Assembly (NCBI GenBank): GCA_964551595.1
Contig: CAZKCU010000003.1
Span: 16,030-72,756, forward strand
Origin: an uncultured Candidatus Saccharibacteria bacterium
GTDB taxonomy: Bacteria > Patescibacteriota > Minisyncoccia > Minisyncoccales > CAZKCU01
Length of the DNA: 56,727 nt
Direction: 5' to 3'
The notes beneath the pieces were generated by a model, which did not search any database, was not told the DNA's origin, and worked only from the letters and a program-made list of their open reading frames with translations. Every line of letters starts with the position of its first letter. The stretch's first letter is position 1. Shown here in pieces: positions 6,685 to 16,679 of the stretch. Both the position numbers and the translations under genes were made by a program.

Positions 6685-9264
6685 ATGGGAAAAATCTCCT
6701 GGCATAATCTTACTTGGAAAGAAGTAACAAAATTATTATATTCTGACGTTAAGAAAGGCCTATCTGAGAAAGAAGTAAAATTTCGACAACGAAAATCAGG
6801 CAAAAACTTACTTCCAGAAGAAGAGCCTTTATCTCGATTAAGAATATTTTTAGAGCAATTTAGAAGCCCCCTAATTTATATTTTAGTAATAGCGGGAATT
6901 ATTACTTTGTTTTTGAGAGATTATACCGACGCCATTGTTATTTTCGGCGCTGTTTTTTTAAATACAATTGTTGGATTTTTTCAGGAAGACAAAGCATATC
7001 AAGCTTTAAGAGAGTTAAAAAAAGCGGTTAAACATACAGCTGAAGTTTTAAGAGAAGGAAATTTAAAAATTGTTGGTTCAGAAGAAGTTGTTCCCGGCGA
7101 TATTATTATTTTGAATCCAGGAGATAAAGTCCCGGCTGATGGCAGAATCATTGAATGCCATGATTTAAAAATTAATGAAATGGCTTTGACAGGAGAGTGG
7201 TTATCAGCAAAAAAATTGTCAGAGGTTTTGCCAAAAGAGAAACCTTTAGCTGATAGAGATAATATGGTCTATATGGGTTGTGTAGTTGAAGATGGAACGG
7301 GAAAAGTGATAGTTTCTGAAACAGGGGTTCAAACTGAAATTGGAAAAGTAGCTAAAATAATTAAGGAGACTAGGGAGGAAAAAACTCCCTATCAAAAAAA
7401 ATTAGCCGCTTTTTCTAAAATTGTCGGAATAGTTATTAGTATAATTTGTATTGGAATTTTTATTGAAGGGATGATAACTGGCGGAAAATTTATCGAAATG
7501 TTTACGACAGCCGTGGCAGTGGCAGTAGCAGCTATCCCTGAGGGATTACCAGTGGCAATGACAGTGATTTTAGCTCTCGGAATGCAAAGGATATTAAAAA
7601 AGAAGGGATTGGTGAGAAAATTAGCTTCAGCAGAAACATTGGGGAGCACTTCGGTGATTTGTAGCGATAAAACCGCCACCTTAACCGAGGGAAAAATGAA
7701 AGCTGGAGAAGTAATAGGGGATAAATTTTTAACTTTAAAAGCGGCTACTCTAACTTCAGCGGCTTTTATTGAAAATCCTACAGAGCCAAAAGAAGAATGG
7801 ATTTTCAGAGGGAGACCAACTGATAGGGCTTTACTTGAGGCTGGAATTGAAGTTGGAATTAACCCCAAAAAAAAGTTTGAAAAAAAGAAAATAGCTGAAA
7901 TCTCCTTTAACCCAATAAATAAATTTGCCGCCACTTTGTATAAGGAAAATGAGGGAAGTTTTTTGTATGCTTGCGGAGCTCCAGAGAAAATTTTAGAACT
8001 TTCAAGTTTAAAAAAAGAAGCTAAAGAAAATTTACAAAAAAAATTAGAGGAATTAGCTCAAAAAGGTTTAAGGGTAGTAGCTTCAGCTTACCGAAAAATC
8101 AAATTACCAGAGAACCGTTCTCTGTCTATTGAGGAATTATGTAAGGATTTAACCTTTCTTGGTTTTATCACCTTAAAGGACCCTGTTAGAAAAGAAGTAA
8201 AAGAAGCAATGAAAGTTTGTAGACGGGCAGGAATGAGTCCAATTATTATTACCGGTGACCATAAATTGACGGCAAAAGCTGTAGCTGAGGAGTTGGGTTT
8301 TAAAGTAAAAGAAGGAAATATTATGGAAGGAAGAGAGCTTGATCAACTTTCAGATGAAGAGTTTGAAAAAAAAGTGAAAGACATTCAAATTTATGCCAGA
8401 GTTGAACCAAAACATAAACTTCGTATTATTGAAGCATGGCAAGGAAAAGGAAAAGTAGTGGCGATGACCGGTGATGGAATTAATGACGCTCCGGCGTTAA
8501 AGAAAGCTGACATTGGAGTAGCTTTGGGTTCTGGAACCGAAGTGGCAAAAGAAACTTCAGATTTGATTTTATTAAATGATAGTTTTTCTATTATTGTGGC
8601 GGCAGTTGAAGAAGGGAGGGCAATTATTGATAATATCAGAAAGGTTATTACTTATTTATTATCTGATAGCTTTACCGAAATAATTTTAATCGGAGTGAGT
8701 CTTCTTTTGGGCTGGCCTCTTCCTATTTTAGCTGCTCAAATTTTGTGGGTGAATCTTATTGAAGATGGTCCCCTCGGCCTCTGTTTGGCTTTTGAACCAA
8801 AAGCAAAAGACCTAATGAAGCAGAAACCCCGAGGTCATGATATTCCTCTTTTAACCCGGGAGATGAAGGCCTTAATTTTTATTATCGGATTAGTGACCGA
8901 TCTTTTACTTTTAGGGCTCCTTTTCTGGCTAATAAAATATTCAGGTTATGAAATTCTTCATATCAGGTCAATAATCTTTACAGGACTTACCGTTGATTCG
9001 ATTTTTTATGTTTTCTCTTGTAAAAACTTAAGAAAAAATCTCTGGCAGATAAATCCTTTCTCCAATAAATTTTTAGTTTTTGCCTGGATTTTCGGTGTTA
9101 TAATGTTGATATCCGCTCTTTATCTTCCTCCATTACAAACACTTTTAAAAACAGTTCCCCTAAATCTTTTTGACTGGCAACTAATTTTAGGTTTAGGATT
9201 AATAAATATAATTTTAATTGAAGCAACTAAATGGCATTTTATTGCTAAAAAAGAATATGTTTAA
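6685..9264 (+). CDS. P-type cation-transporting ATPase (type II, Ca2+-ATPase-like) with variant motifs
   Basis: GDKVPAD, AIPEGLP, CSDKTATLT, KGAPE-like CGAPE, ITGD, MTGDGINDAPALK. Confidence 0.93.
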   Translation: MGKISWHNLTWKEVTKLLYSDVKKGLSEKEVKFRQRKSGKNLLPEEEPLSRLRIFLEQFRSPLIYILVIAGIITLFLRDYTDAIVIFGAVFLNTIVGFFQEDKAYQALRELKKAVKHTAEVLREGNLKIVGSEEVVPGDIIILNPGDKVPADGRIIECHDLKINEMALTGEWLSAKKLSEVLPKEKPLADRDNMVYMGCVVEDGTGKVIVSETGVQTEIGKVAKIIKETREEKTPYQKKLAAFSKIVGIVISIICIGIFIEGMITGGKFIEMFTTAVAVAVAAIPEGLPVAMTVILALGMQRILKKKGLVRKLASAETLGSTSVICSDKTATLTEGKMKAGEVIGDKFLTLKAATLTSAAFIENPTEPKEEWIFRGRPTDRALLEAGIEVGINPKKKFEKKKIAEISFNPINKFAATLYKENEGSFLYACGAPEKILELSSLKKEAKENLQKKLEELAQKGLRVVASAYRKIKLPENRSLSIEELCKDLTFLGFITLKDPVRKEVKEAMKVCRRAGMSPIIITGDHKLTAKAVAEELGFKVKEGNIMEGRELDQLSDEEFEKKVKDIQIYARVEPKHKLRIIEAWQGKGKVVAMTGDGINDAPALKKADIGVALGSGTEVAKETSDLILLNDSFSIIVAAVEEGRAIIDNIRKVITYLLSDSFTEIILIGVSLLLGWPLPILAAQILWVNLIEDGPLGLCLAFEPKAKDLMKQKPRGHDIPLLTREMKALIFIIGLVTDLLLLGLLFWLIKYSGYEILHIRSIIFTGLTVDSIFYVFSCKNLRKNLWQINPFSNKFLVFAWIFGVIMLISALYLPPLQTLLKTVPLNLFDWQLILGLGLINIILIEATKWHFIAKKEYV

Positions 9265-10372
9265 AAACGTTAAAACATTCATCTATCCAATAGCTATGCT
9301 TTCTGGAACCATTATTGGCGTTGGGCTTTTTTCTTTGCCTTATATCACCTCAAAGGTTGGCTTTGGGGTAATTCTTGGCTATTTTTTGGTTTTAGGAGCC
9401 GTAGCTATTTTAATTCATTTGTTTTTTGGAGAATTGGCCCTAAAAACTCCGGATTTTAAAAGACTGCCTGGCTTTGCCAAGCTTTATTTGGGGAAATGGG
9501 GTCAAAAATTAGCTTTAATTTCAACCATTTTAGGGCTTTTTGGCGCTATTTTAGCTTATTTGATTGTTGGCGGTGAATTTTTTAAAGAACTCTTGTCTCC
9601 AATTTTCGGGGGAAACACAACTCTTTATACCCTCTTTTATTTTGTAATTGGGGCTAGTATTATTTATTCCGGGATTAAGGCAATTGCCAAAGTGGAATTC
9701 TGGGGATTGATTTTTTTCTTTTTAATTTTGATTGCCATATTTTTCCGTGGTCAAGATTTTTTGAATATCCAAAATCTTTTTCCCGTTCCCGACTGGTCTT
9801 TTATATTTTTGCCTTATGGAATCATTCTTTTTTCTATCTGGGGAGCAGCTTTAATTCCCGAGGCAGAGGAAATGCTGGGGGAAAAGAAAAATTTACTTTT
9901 AAAAATTATCCCTATTGCCATTTTAATTCCGATAGTTGTTTATCTCTTTTTTATCTATCTAATTTTAGGCATTACCGGACCCCAAACCACAGAATCGGCC
10001 TTAACCGGATTGAGAGATGTTTTGGGCGACGGAATAGTTTCTTCGGCTCTCATTTTCGGGCTTTTAACAACTTTTACATCTTTTATTGCCTTAGGCCTTA
10101 CCTTAAAGAAGGTTTTTTGGTATGATTTAAAAATTGGAAAAAATTTGGCCTGGGTAGTTACTTGTTTTTTACCCCTAATTCTTTTTTTAATTGGAGTTAA
10201 AAGCTTTATTCCGGTAATATCTGTTGTTGGTGGAGTGATGCTTGGTATTGATGGCATTTTGATTTTGCTAATGTACCGGAAAATCAGACCTGAAAGAAAA
10301 TTCTTAATTTATCCTTTAGTTTTAATATTTTTCGGAGGGATTATATATGAGATAATATACTTTGTAAAATAA
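9257..10372 (+). CDS. Amino acid permease (aromatic/hydroxy amino acid transporter-like)
   Basis: GTIIGVGLFSLPY motif, about 11 TM segments; ATG 9257 overlaps the ATPase stop. Confidence 0.8.
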   Translation: MFKNVKTFIYPIAMLSGTIIGVGLFSLPYITSKVGFGVILGYFLVLGAVAILIHLFFGELALKTPDFKRLPGFAKLYLGKWGQKLALISTILGLFGAILAYLIVGGEFFKELLSPIFGGNTTLYTLFYFVIGASIIYSGIKAIAKVEFWGLIFFFLILIAIFFRGQDFLNIQNLFPVPDWSFIFLPYGIILFSIWGAALIPEAEEMLGEKKNLLLKIIPIAILIPIVVYLFFIYLILGITGPQTTESALTGLRDVLGDGIVSSALIFGLLTTFTSFIALGLTLKKVFWYDLKIGKNLAWVVTCFLPLILFLIGVKSFIPVISVVGGVMLGIDGILILLMYRKIRPERKFLIYPLVLIFFGGIIYEIIYFVK

Positions 10373-10373
10373 T

Positions 10374-11330
10374 ATGATTTTATTTTATATTTTCATTTTT
10401 TTAACTTCTTTTGCTTTACTTTTTTGGTCGGCGAAATTGTTAGTCGATGCCTTAACTAGAGTGGCTCGATTTTTGGAATGGAGGGAATTTGTGGTAGCTT
10501 TTTTTGTTATGGCAATAGCGGGCTCTTTACCTAATCTTTTCGTTGGCATTTCTTCAGCCCTTCATAAAATTCCTCAACTTTCTTTTGGCGACATAGTTGG
10601 TGGAAATCTCGTTGACCTAACAATGGTTGCAGCTTTAGCGGCTTTAATTGCTAAAGGACTCCCAGCTAGAAGCAGGATGGTTCAAACTTCTTCAATTTTT
10701 ACTATCTGCATTGCCATTTTACCCTTACTTTTAATTTTAGATGGGGTTTTGGGGAGGGGAGACGGAATTTTCTTAATTTTAGTTTTCGCTTTTTACGTCT
10801 TTTGGCTTTTTTCCAAAGAAGAAAGATTTAAAAAAGTCTATGAAGAAAACAAAATTTCTACTGCTAAAGAATTTAAAGTTTTTATAAAAGACCTCGGAAA
10901 AGTAATTTTGGGAATAATCTTTTTATTAGCAGCTGCCGAAGGAATTGTTAAATCAGCCCAATTTTTTGCCGGAAGTTTTAATTTACCAATAGCCATAATT
11001 GGAATTTTAATTATTGGATTAGGGAATGCTCTACCTGAAGCCTATTTTGCAATTGCCTCTGCCAGAAAGGGCCAGACCTGGATGATTCTCGGTAATTTGA
11101 TAGGTTCAATTATGGTTCCAGCCACCCTGGTACTCGGGATTGTCGCTCTAATTTGTCCAATTGAGATTGTTGATTTTTCACCATTTGCCATAGGCCGGCT
11201 CTTTCTGGTAATTTCAGCTATATTTTTCTTGTGGGTTGTCCGAAGCGGTCAGAAAATTACCAAAAAAGAAGCCTTATTTCTATTAGGAACTTATATTCTC
11301 TTTGTCATAGTTGAAATTTTGATGAAGTAG
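10374..11330 (+). CDS. Ca2+/Na+ (CaCA family) antiporter
   Basis: Two alpha-repeat-like motifs, AGSLPNL...GDIVGGN and GNALPE...GNLIGS. Confidence 0.85.
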   Translation: MILFYIFIFLTSFALLFWSAKLLVDALTRVARFLEWREFVVAFFVMAIAGSLPNLFVGISSALHKIPQLSFGDIVGGNLVDLTMVAALAALIAKGLPARSRMVQTSSIFTICIAILPLLLILDGVLGRGDGIFLILVFAFYVFWLFSKEERFKKVYEENKISTAKEFKVFIKDLGKVILGIIFLLAAAEGIVKSAQFFAGSFNLPIAIIGILIIGLGNALPEAYFAIASARKGQTWMILGNLIGSIMVPATLVLGIVALICPIEIVDFSPFAIGRLFLVISAIFFLWVVRSGQKITKKEALFLLGTYILFVIVEILMK

Positions 11331-11400
11331 TGTTAATATACGTTAATCTCTACTCCAAAATTGCTTTCACAATTTTGGACGCCCCGACCGAGACTACAAC

Positions 11401-12405
11401 ATGAACAATTCCCTTTTTGTTTTAATATTATTTCTAATTGTGGCTGGAGGAGCGGCAATTTGGCTTTTTTACATTAGAAAATCAGCAATTGACCGCAGCC
11501 AGACAACAGCAATAAGAGATTTAGAAAGACGATTAACTGATTTAATGACTAACCAATTAAAGGAGATTCGAGGAAATGTAGATGGGACCTCTCGGGCAAT
11601 GCATGAACAAATTTCTTCTTTTACAAAAGAAACAGTTCAAATTCGTCAAGAATTAAAACAAGTTCAGGAGACAATGAAGGGTATTTCCTCTTCCCAGGAG
11701 ATTTTTAAATCCCCGAAACTTAGAGGGCAATGGGGAGAAGCTTCTTTAGAGCACATCTTGAGCCAGCATTTCCCCAAAGAACTTTATCAAACTCAATATC
11801 TTTTTTCTTCTGGAGAACAAGTTGATGCAGTATTAAAACTCCCTGATGGCAAATTGTTGCCAATTGATGCTAAATTTTCCTCTGTCAATTTTGAAAAAAT
11901 GAAAGAAGCTGAATCTGATAAAGAAATAGCTCTTTTCCGCAAAAAATTTATTGGAGACGTGAAATTTAATATAGATAAAATTTCTTCAAAATATATTTTA
12001 CCCTCAGAAGGTACTCTCGATTACGCTTTAATGTATATTCCGGCAGAAGCTATTTATTATGAAATAATGGCAAAAGAAATAGATTTAATAAAATATGCTC
12101 AAGAAAAAAAGGTTACTTTAGCCTCACCTAATACTTTTTATTCAGCTTTGCGAACAATCGAACATTGGTTTCGAAGTATGCGGATTTCTCGCCAAACTCA
12201 GCAAATTCTAAAAAGACTTGACCGTGTTTATCAAGATGCTCAAAAATTAAAGAACGATTTTAGAAAACTGGGAAACCATTTAAGAGATGCTTCATCAAGC
12301 TATGATACTTCAGGAAAACGACTTTCTTTACTTGGAGAAAGAATAGAAAGATTAGCCGAGGTTGACGAAACTAAAAAATTAAAAAAAGGAAAACAAAACT
12401 CGTAG
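11401..12405 (+). CDS. rmuC: DNA recombination protein RmuC
   Basis: N-terminal TM, coiled coil, RGQWGE, VDAVLKLPDG..LPIDAKF, YALMYIPAEAIY. Confidence 0.92.
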   Translation: MNNSLFVLILFLIVAGGAAIWLFYIRKSAIDRSQTTAIRDLERRLTDLMTNQLKEIRGNVDGTSRAMHEQISSFTKETVQIRQELKQVQETMKGISSSQEIFKSPKLRGQWGEASLEHILSQHFPKELYQTQYLFSSGEQVDAVLKLPDGKLLPIDAKFSSVNFEKMKEAESDKEIALFRKKFIGDVKFNIDKISSKYILPSEGTLDYALMYIPAEAIYYEIMAKEIDLIKYAQEKKVTLASPNTFYSALRTIEHWFRSMRISRQTQQILKRLDRVYQDAQKLKNDFRKLGNHLRDASSSYDTSGKRLSLLGERIERLAEVDETKKLKKGKQNS

Positions 12406-12408
12406 AAT

Positions 12409-12720
12409 ATGTTAGCTATTATTAAAACCGGGGGCAAGCAATATCTTGTTAAGCCCGGCGACAAAATAAAAATTGAGAAAATTGATAAAAAAGAAGGTTC
12501 TGAAATCACCTTTAAAGAAGTTTTATTACTGGAAAAGGGCAAAAAAATGGACATCGGATATCCATTAATTAAGGGGGCAAAGGTTACCGGGAAAATTACT
12601 GGCCAAGGCAAAGGTAAAAAAATAATCATTTTTAAATACAAACCAAAAACCCGCTACAAAGTAAAAAAAGGCCATCGTCAGCCCTTTACAGAAGTAGAGA
12701 TATTGAAAATTGAAAATTGA
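12409..12720 (+). CDS. rplU: 50S ribosomal protein L21
   Basis: AIIKTGGKQYLV; KGHRQPFT. Confidence 0.98.
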   Translation: MLAIIKTGGKQYLVKPGDKIKIEKIDKKEGSEITFKEVLLLEKGKKMDIGYPLIKGAKVTGKITGQGKGKKIIIFKYKPKTRYKVKKGHRQPFTEVEILKIEN

Positions 12721-12723
12721 AAA

Positions 12724-13374
12724 TTATCTTCGGCTTTCTAAAGCCGAAGATAGCGTTTCTTCGTCAGCGTATTCTAATTCCCCGCCAACTGGCAAGCCCC
12801 GACCTAGCCGGGTAATTTTTTTATTTAAGGGCTTTAAAAAACGTTCGAGATATAAAGCCGTGGCTTCGCCCTCATTAGTAGGATTGATGGCAATAATGAT
12901 TTCTTTAAAATCAGTTTTCGGAAGCCCAAAAATTTCAGGATTTTTTATTCTTTCTTCTAATTCTTTTATTTTTAGTTTTTTAATATTTTCCTTCCTAAGT
13001 TTTGAAATCATTCCTCCCAAAATAAAATAAAGGCCCTTATATTTTTTTGTTTTTTCAATTGAAACTAAATCAGTTTCTTTCTCAATCACACAAAGAAGCG
13101 TTCTATCTCTTGAGGCATCTTGGCAGATGGGACAGAGGACTGTTGCAGCTTTAGCTGGCGGTGAAATTTCTCTAGTGCCTATCTCGAAAGAATTAAAACA
13201 AAAAGAGCAAATCTTTACTGCTTCTTTGAGATTAGAAATTGATTTTATTAAATCATTAATTTCCTCTTTTGGTTTTCTAATTAAATAAAAAACAAAACGG
13301 GCAGCAGTTCGCGGCCCAACCGTTGGAAATTTAGAGAAGATATCAATGAGTTTTTGGATAGATTTAGGATACAT
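12724..13374 (-). CDS. recR: Recombination mediator RecR
   Basis: FPTVGPRTAAR HhH, C4 zinc finger, Toprim NPTNEGEATA, GLPVGGELEYAD. Confidence 0.97.
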   Translation of the reverse strand: MYPKSIQKLIDIFSKFPTVGPRTAARFVFYLIRKPKEEINDLIKSISNLKEAVKICSFCFNSFEIGTREISPPAKAATVLCPICQDASRDRTLLCVIEKETDLVSIEKTKKYKGLYFILGGMISKLRKENIKKLKIKELEERIKNPEIFGLPKTDFKEIIIAINPTNEGEATALYLERFLKPLNKKITRLGRGLPVGGELEYADEETLSSALESRR

Positions 13375-14740
13375 CGTGTTCTTTTTCTAAATTTCTAAAA
13401 CTGACTCGTCTTTCATCGAAATATAATTCAATTTTTCCCACTGGACCATTGCGATGCTTAGCTATAATTATATCTGCAATATTTTTCCTTGAAGTATCCG
13501 GGCGATAACGATCCTCCCTGTGAATAAATAAAACAACGTCTGCATCCTGTTCCAGCGCGCCAGTTTCTCTCAAGTCAGATAATCTTGGAATTTGAGGAGA
13601 ACGCTGCTCTACTGCCCGTGATAATTGCGATAAAGCCAAAACTGGAACATTAATTTCTCTGGCTAAAGCTTTTAAAGAACGAGAAACCTCGGTCATCTGT
13701 TGAACCATATTGACTGTAGGATTTCTCGGCTCCATCAATTGTAAATAATCAACAATAATTAGCCCCAGTCCTTTTTCTACCTGCAATCTGCGGGCCATTG
13801 CCCTCATTTGTAAAATGTTTGAAATAGCGGCATCATCAATATAAATTGGGGCCTCAGATAAAATAGCCAGAGCCTGTTGAATTCTTGAAAAATCATTATC
13901 TTCGCCCTCATCAGAAAGTCTGCCCGTCCTCAATCTCCATAAGTCAACATTAGCCAGCCCGGCAATTAATCTGTCTACCACCTGGTCTTTTGACATTTCA
14001 AGCGAAAATATACCAACCGGCAGCTTATCGTTCGTAGTAATGTTAGCAGCAATGTTCAAAGCCATGGCGCTTTTGCCAAGGCTGGGTCTGGAAGCCAAAA
14101 TAATAAGGTCAGATTTTTGAAGACCAGCCAGAATGTTATCTAAATCGGCAAAACCAGTAGGAAGTCCCCGGGGAGCTCCCTGGTGCTTGGATAATCTGTC
14201 AATTCTTTCAAAAGCTTCTTCCAAGGCTTCTTTAACAGGTAAAAAATTTTGAGTTAAGCTTTTTTGAGCAATGCTGAAAATTCTTTTTTCAGCTTTATCT
14301 AATAAAATATCAACATCTTCTGACTCATTATAACCCATGTTGCCAATTTCTTGACTGGCTTCAATCAAATCTCGGAGGATTCTTTTTCTCTGAACAATCT
14401 TGGCGTAGTTTAGGACGTGGCTGGCAGTGGGAACGCAATTAATAAGCTCTGTTAAATAACTTGCCCCACCAATTTCTTCAAGGAGATTTTTTTCTTTTAA
14501 GCGGGTGGAAGTTGATAACAGGTCAATGGGCTCTCCTTTTTCAAAAAGTTCAATTATTGCTTGATAAATTTGCTGATGAATTTTTTTATAAAAATCTCGA
14601 GTTTGCAAAAAATCAGCCACTCGAATTATGGCATTTTTATCAAGAAGTAAGCAGCCGAGCAGCGATTTCTCAGCTTCAATGCTTTGAGGAGGAAGTTTTT
14701 CCGGTAATTCACTTTTTGAAAATTCATTATCCATATCCAT
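13364..14740 (-). CDS. dnaB: Replicative DNA helicase
   Basis: PPQSIEAE, ASRPSLGKS, FSLEM, IIVDYLQLM, LSQLSRAVE, DLRETGALEQDAD, AKHRNGP. Confidence 0.98.
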   Translation of the reverse strand: MDMDNEFSKSELPEKLPPQSIEAEKSLLGCLLLDKNAIIRVADFLQTRDFYKKIHQQIYQAIIELFEKGEPIDLLSTSTRLKEKNLLEEIGGASYLTELINCVPTASHVLNYAKIVQRKRILRDLIEASQEIGNMGYNESEDVDILLDKAEKRIFSIAQKSLTQNFLPVKEALEEAFERIDRLSKHQGAPRGLPTGFADLDNILAGLQKSDLIILASRPSLGKSAMALNIAANITTNDKLPVGIFSLEMSKDQVVDRLIAGLANVDLWRLRTGRLSDEGEDNDFSRIQQALAILSEAPIYIDDAAISNILQMRAMARRLQVEKGLGLIIVDYLQLMEPRNPTVNMVQQMTEVSRSLKALAREINVPVLALSQLSRAVEQRSPQIPRLSDLRETGALEQDADVVLFIHREDRYRPDTSRKNIADIIIAKHRNGPVGKIELYFDERRVSFRNLEKEHDVS

Positions 14741-14794
14741 CGATTACCCGAGCCACAGGCGAAGGGTAAAGAAGAGATTTATCTCTTCGATTAC
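14741..14794 (-). repeat. Dispersed hairpin element flanked by a 7-bp direct repeat (CGATTAC), immediately upstream of dnaB
   Basis: Minus strand reads gtaatcg-aagagataaatctcttc-tttacccttcg-cctgtgg-ctcgg-gtaatcg-ATG. Confidence 0.75.
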
Positions 14795-14885
14795 AGTATA
14801 GCAAATGGAAGAAAGGTTGGCAACGAGTTGACAATTTTATTTGAAGTTGCCATAATAAAAACATAAAAGGGAGAGAGGAAAAACA

Positions 14886-15224
14886 ATGTATAAAACAGAT
14901 ATTAGAACTTTAAAAAAGGAGACAGAGGTTTTTAGATTCGGAGCTTCTACCAAAGGAGGCCAGAGAGCCAACAAAAAAGAGACCGGAATCCATCTTCGTC
15001 ATATTCCTTCCGGAATAAAAGTTAGAGTGATTGAAGAGAGATCTCAGGCTCGAAATTTAGCAATTGCGTTTGAACGGCTTCGAGAAAGACTTGAGCAATT
15101 AAACCGACCAGAAACACCCAGAATTCCTACAAAAGTCCCCAAGTCTGCCAAAAGAGAAAGACTGAGGGAAAGAAAAGCGCATTCCGAAAAAAAGAAGCTA
15201 CGGAAAAAACCAATTTTGGGATAG
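14886..15224 (+). CDS. Peptidyl-tRNA hydrolase / release-factor-like protein (ArfB/YaeJ type)
   Basis: GGQ motif (STKGGQRANK), HIPSGIKV, ERSQARN, basic C-terminal tail; own TTGACA-17-CATAAT promoter. Confidence 0.85.
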   Translation: MYKTDIRTLKKETEVFRFGASTKGGQRANKKETGIHLRHIPSGIKVRVIEERSQARNLAIAFERLRERLEQLNRPETPRIPTKVPKSAKRERLRERKAHSEKKKLRKKPILG

Positions 15225-15227
15225 AGA

Positions 15228-15251
15228 AAGGCACCTTTCCTAAGGTGCCTT
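15228..15251. terminator. Bidirectional terminator between convergent genes
   Basis: aaggcacctt-tcct-aaggtgcctt. Confidence 0.75.
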
Positions 15252-15268
15252 CTTTTCATAATTCACCA

Positions 15269-16660
15269 TTACAACTTCTTAATTTTCGTTCCCTCTTTTG
15301 TATCTTCGGCCCAATAGCCCTTCTTCTTTATTTTTTTCCTGATTTCATCAGCTTTTTGCCATTGTTTTTTTTGACGGTATTCCTCTCTTGCTTTTACTAA
15401 TCTTAAAATATTTTCAGGGATTTTCTTTTTTTCCGGTCTTCCCCAAAATATAAAATTAAAAACTTCGTCAATCTTCCTTAATCGCTTCAGGATTTCTTTG
15501 GCATTTTCGGGGCTTAATTTATTTTGAGCAATCAGAGAATTTCCTTTATTAATTAAATTAAAAACTGAAGCTAAGGCTTTTGAAGTATTGAAATCATTAT
15601 CCATGGCTTTTTCAAATTCCTTTTCATATTTTGAAATTTGAAATTTGGATTTATTTTGGATTTTGGATTTTGTGCTTTGGATCTTTTCTATAAATTCGTC
15701 TATTTTCTCCAATTCTCTTTTTGTTTGCAAAATTAAATTATCATTATAATCAAGAGGAGAGCGATAATGAGTTTTTGTCACCAAAAGCCGTAAAAGGCGA
15801 GGGGAGTGCTCTTTCAGAAACTCTCTTATGGTAATAAAATTACCTAAAGATTTTGCCATCTTTTGGCTTTTTACAGTTAGAAAACCTGAATGAATCCAAT
15901 ATTTGACCATAGGTTTTCTTTTAGATATAGCTTCCATTTGAGAAATTTCAGCTTCGTGGTGAGGGAAAATCAAATCTTTGGCTCCACCGTGAATATTATA
16001 TTGGAAACCGAAATATTTTTCAGTGATAGCTGTATCTTCAATATGCCAACCGGGTCTGCCATGCCCGAAAGGACTTGGCCATTTTGGCTCACCGGGTTTG
16101 GAAAATTTCCAGAGACAAAAATCTCCTTTGTTTCTCTTTTCTTCAGCTGTATCAATTCTGGAAACACCATCTTCAGCCTGCAAAACCGTTCTTCTTGACA
16201 ACTTTCCGTAATCTTTAAATTTCAAAATGTCATAGTAAATACCATCTTTTATTTGATAGGCGTAACCTTTTTTCAAAAGCCTTTCAACCTGACTTATAAT
16301 TTCTTTAATATGGTCTGTAGCTCTGGCGTATTTTGTTACACTATCAATTTTCAAACTTTTCATATCCTTCAAATATTCTTTTTCAAAAAGTAAAGCTAAT
16401 TTTCTTGGAGTCGTTTTTTTCTCTTTTGCTCTAGCGATTATCTTGTCATCAATATCAGTAATATTTTGAAGATAAAAAACATTAAACTTTTTCTCTCTCA
16501 GATATTTTGCAATCACATCAAAAACAATATAGGTCCTGGCATGCCCAATATGGGAGAAATCGTAAACCGTTGGTCCACAGACAAACATATTTACTTTCTT
16601 TGCTTTTTTTGGTCTGAAGATTTCTTTTTTTCGAGACAGAGTATTATAAAGTTTGAGCAT
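15269..16660 (-). CDS. cysS: Cysteine--tRNA ligase
   Basis: CGPTVYDFSHIGHAR, GRPGWHIE, DLIFPHHE, KMAKSLGN. Confidence 0.97.
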   Translation of the reverse strand: MLKLYNTLSRKKEIFRPKKAKKVNMFVCGPTVYDFSHIGHARTYIVFDVIAKYLREKKFNVFYLQNITDIDDKIIARAKEKKTTPRKLALLFEKEYLKDMKSLKIDSVTKYARATDHIKEIISQVERLLKKGYAYQIKDGIYYDILKFKDYGKLSRRTVLQAEDGVSRIDTAEEKRNKGDFCLWKFSKPGEPKWPSPFGHGRPGWHIEDTAITEKYFGFQYNIHGGAKDLIFPHHEAEISQMEAISKRKPMVKYWIHSGFLTVKSQKMAKSLGNFITIREFLKEHSPRLLRLLVTKTHYRSPLDYNDNLILQTKRELEKIDEFIEKIQSTKSKIQNKSKFQISKYEKEFEKAMDNDFNTSKALASVFNLINKGNSLIAQNKLSPENAKEILKRLRKIDEVFNFIFWGRPEKKKIPENILRLVKAREEYRQKKQWQKADEIRKKIKKKGYWAEDTKEGTKIKKL

Positions 16661-16679
16661 AATATTCTATTAAACTATT

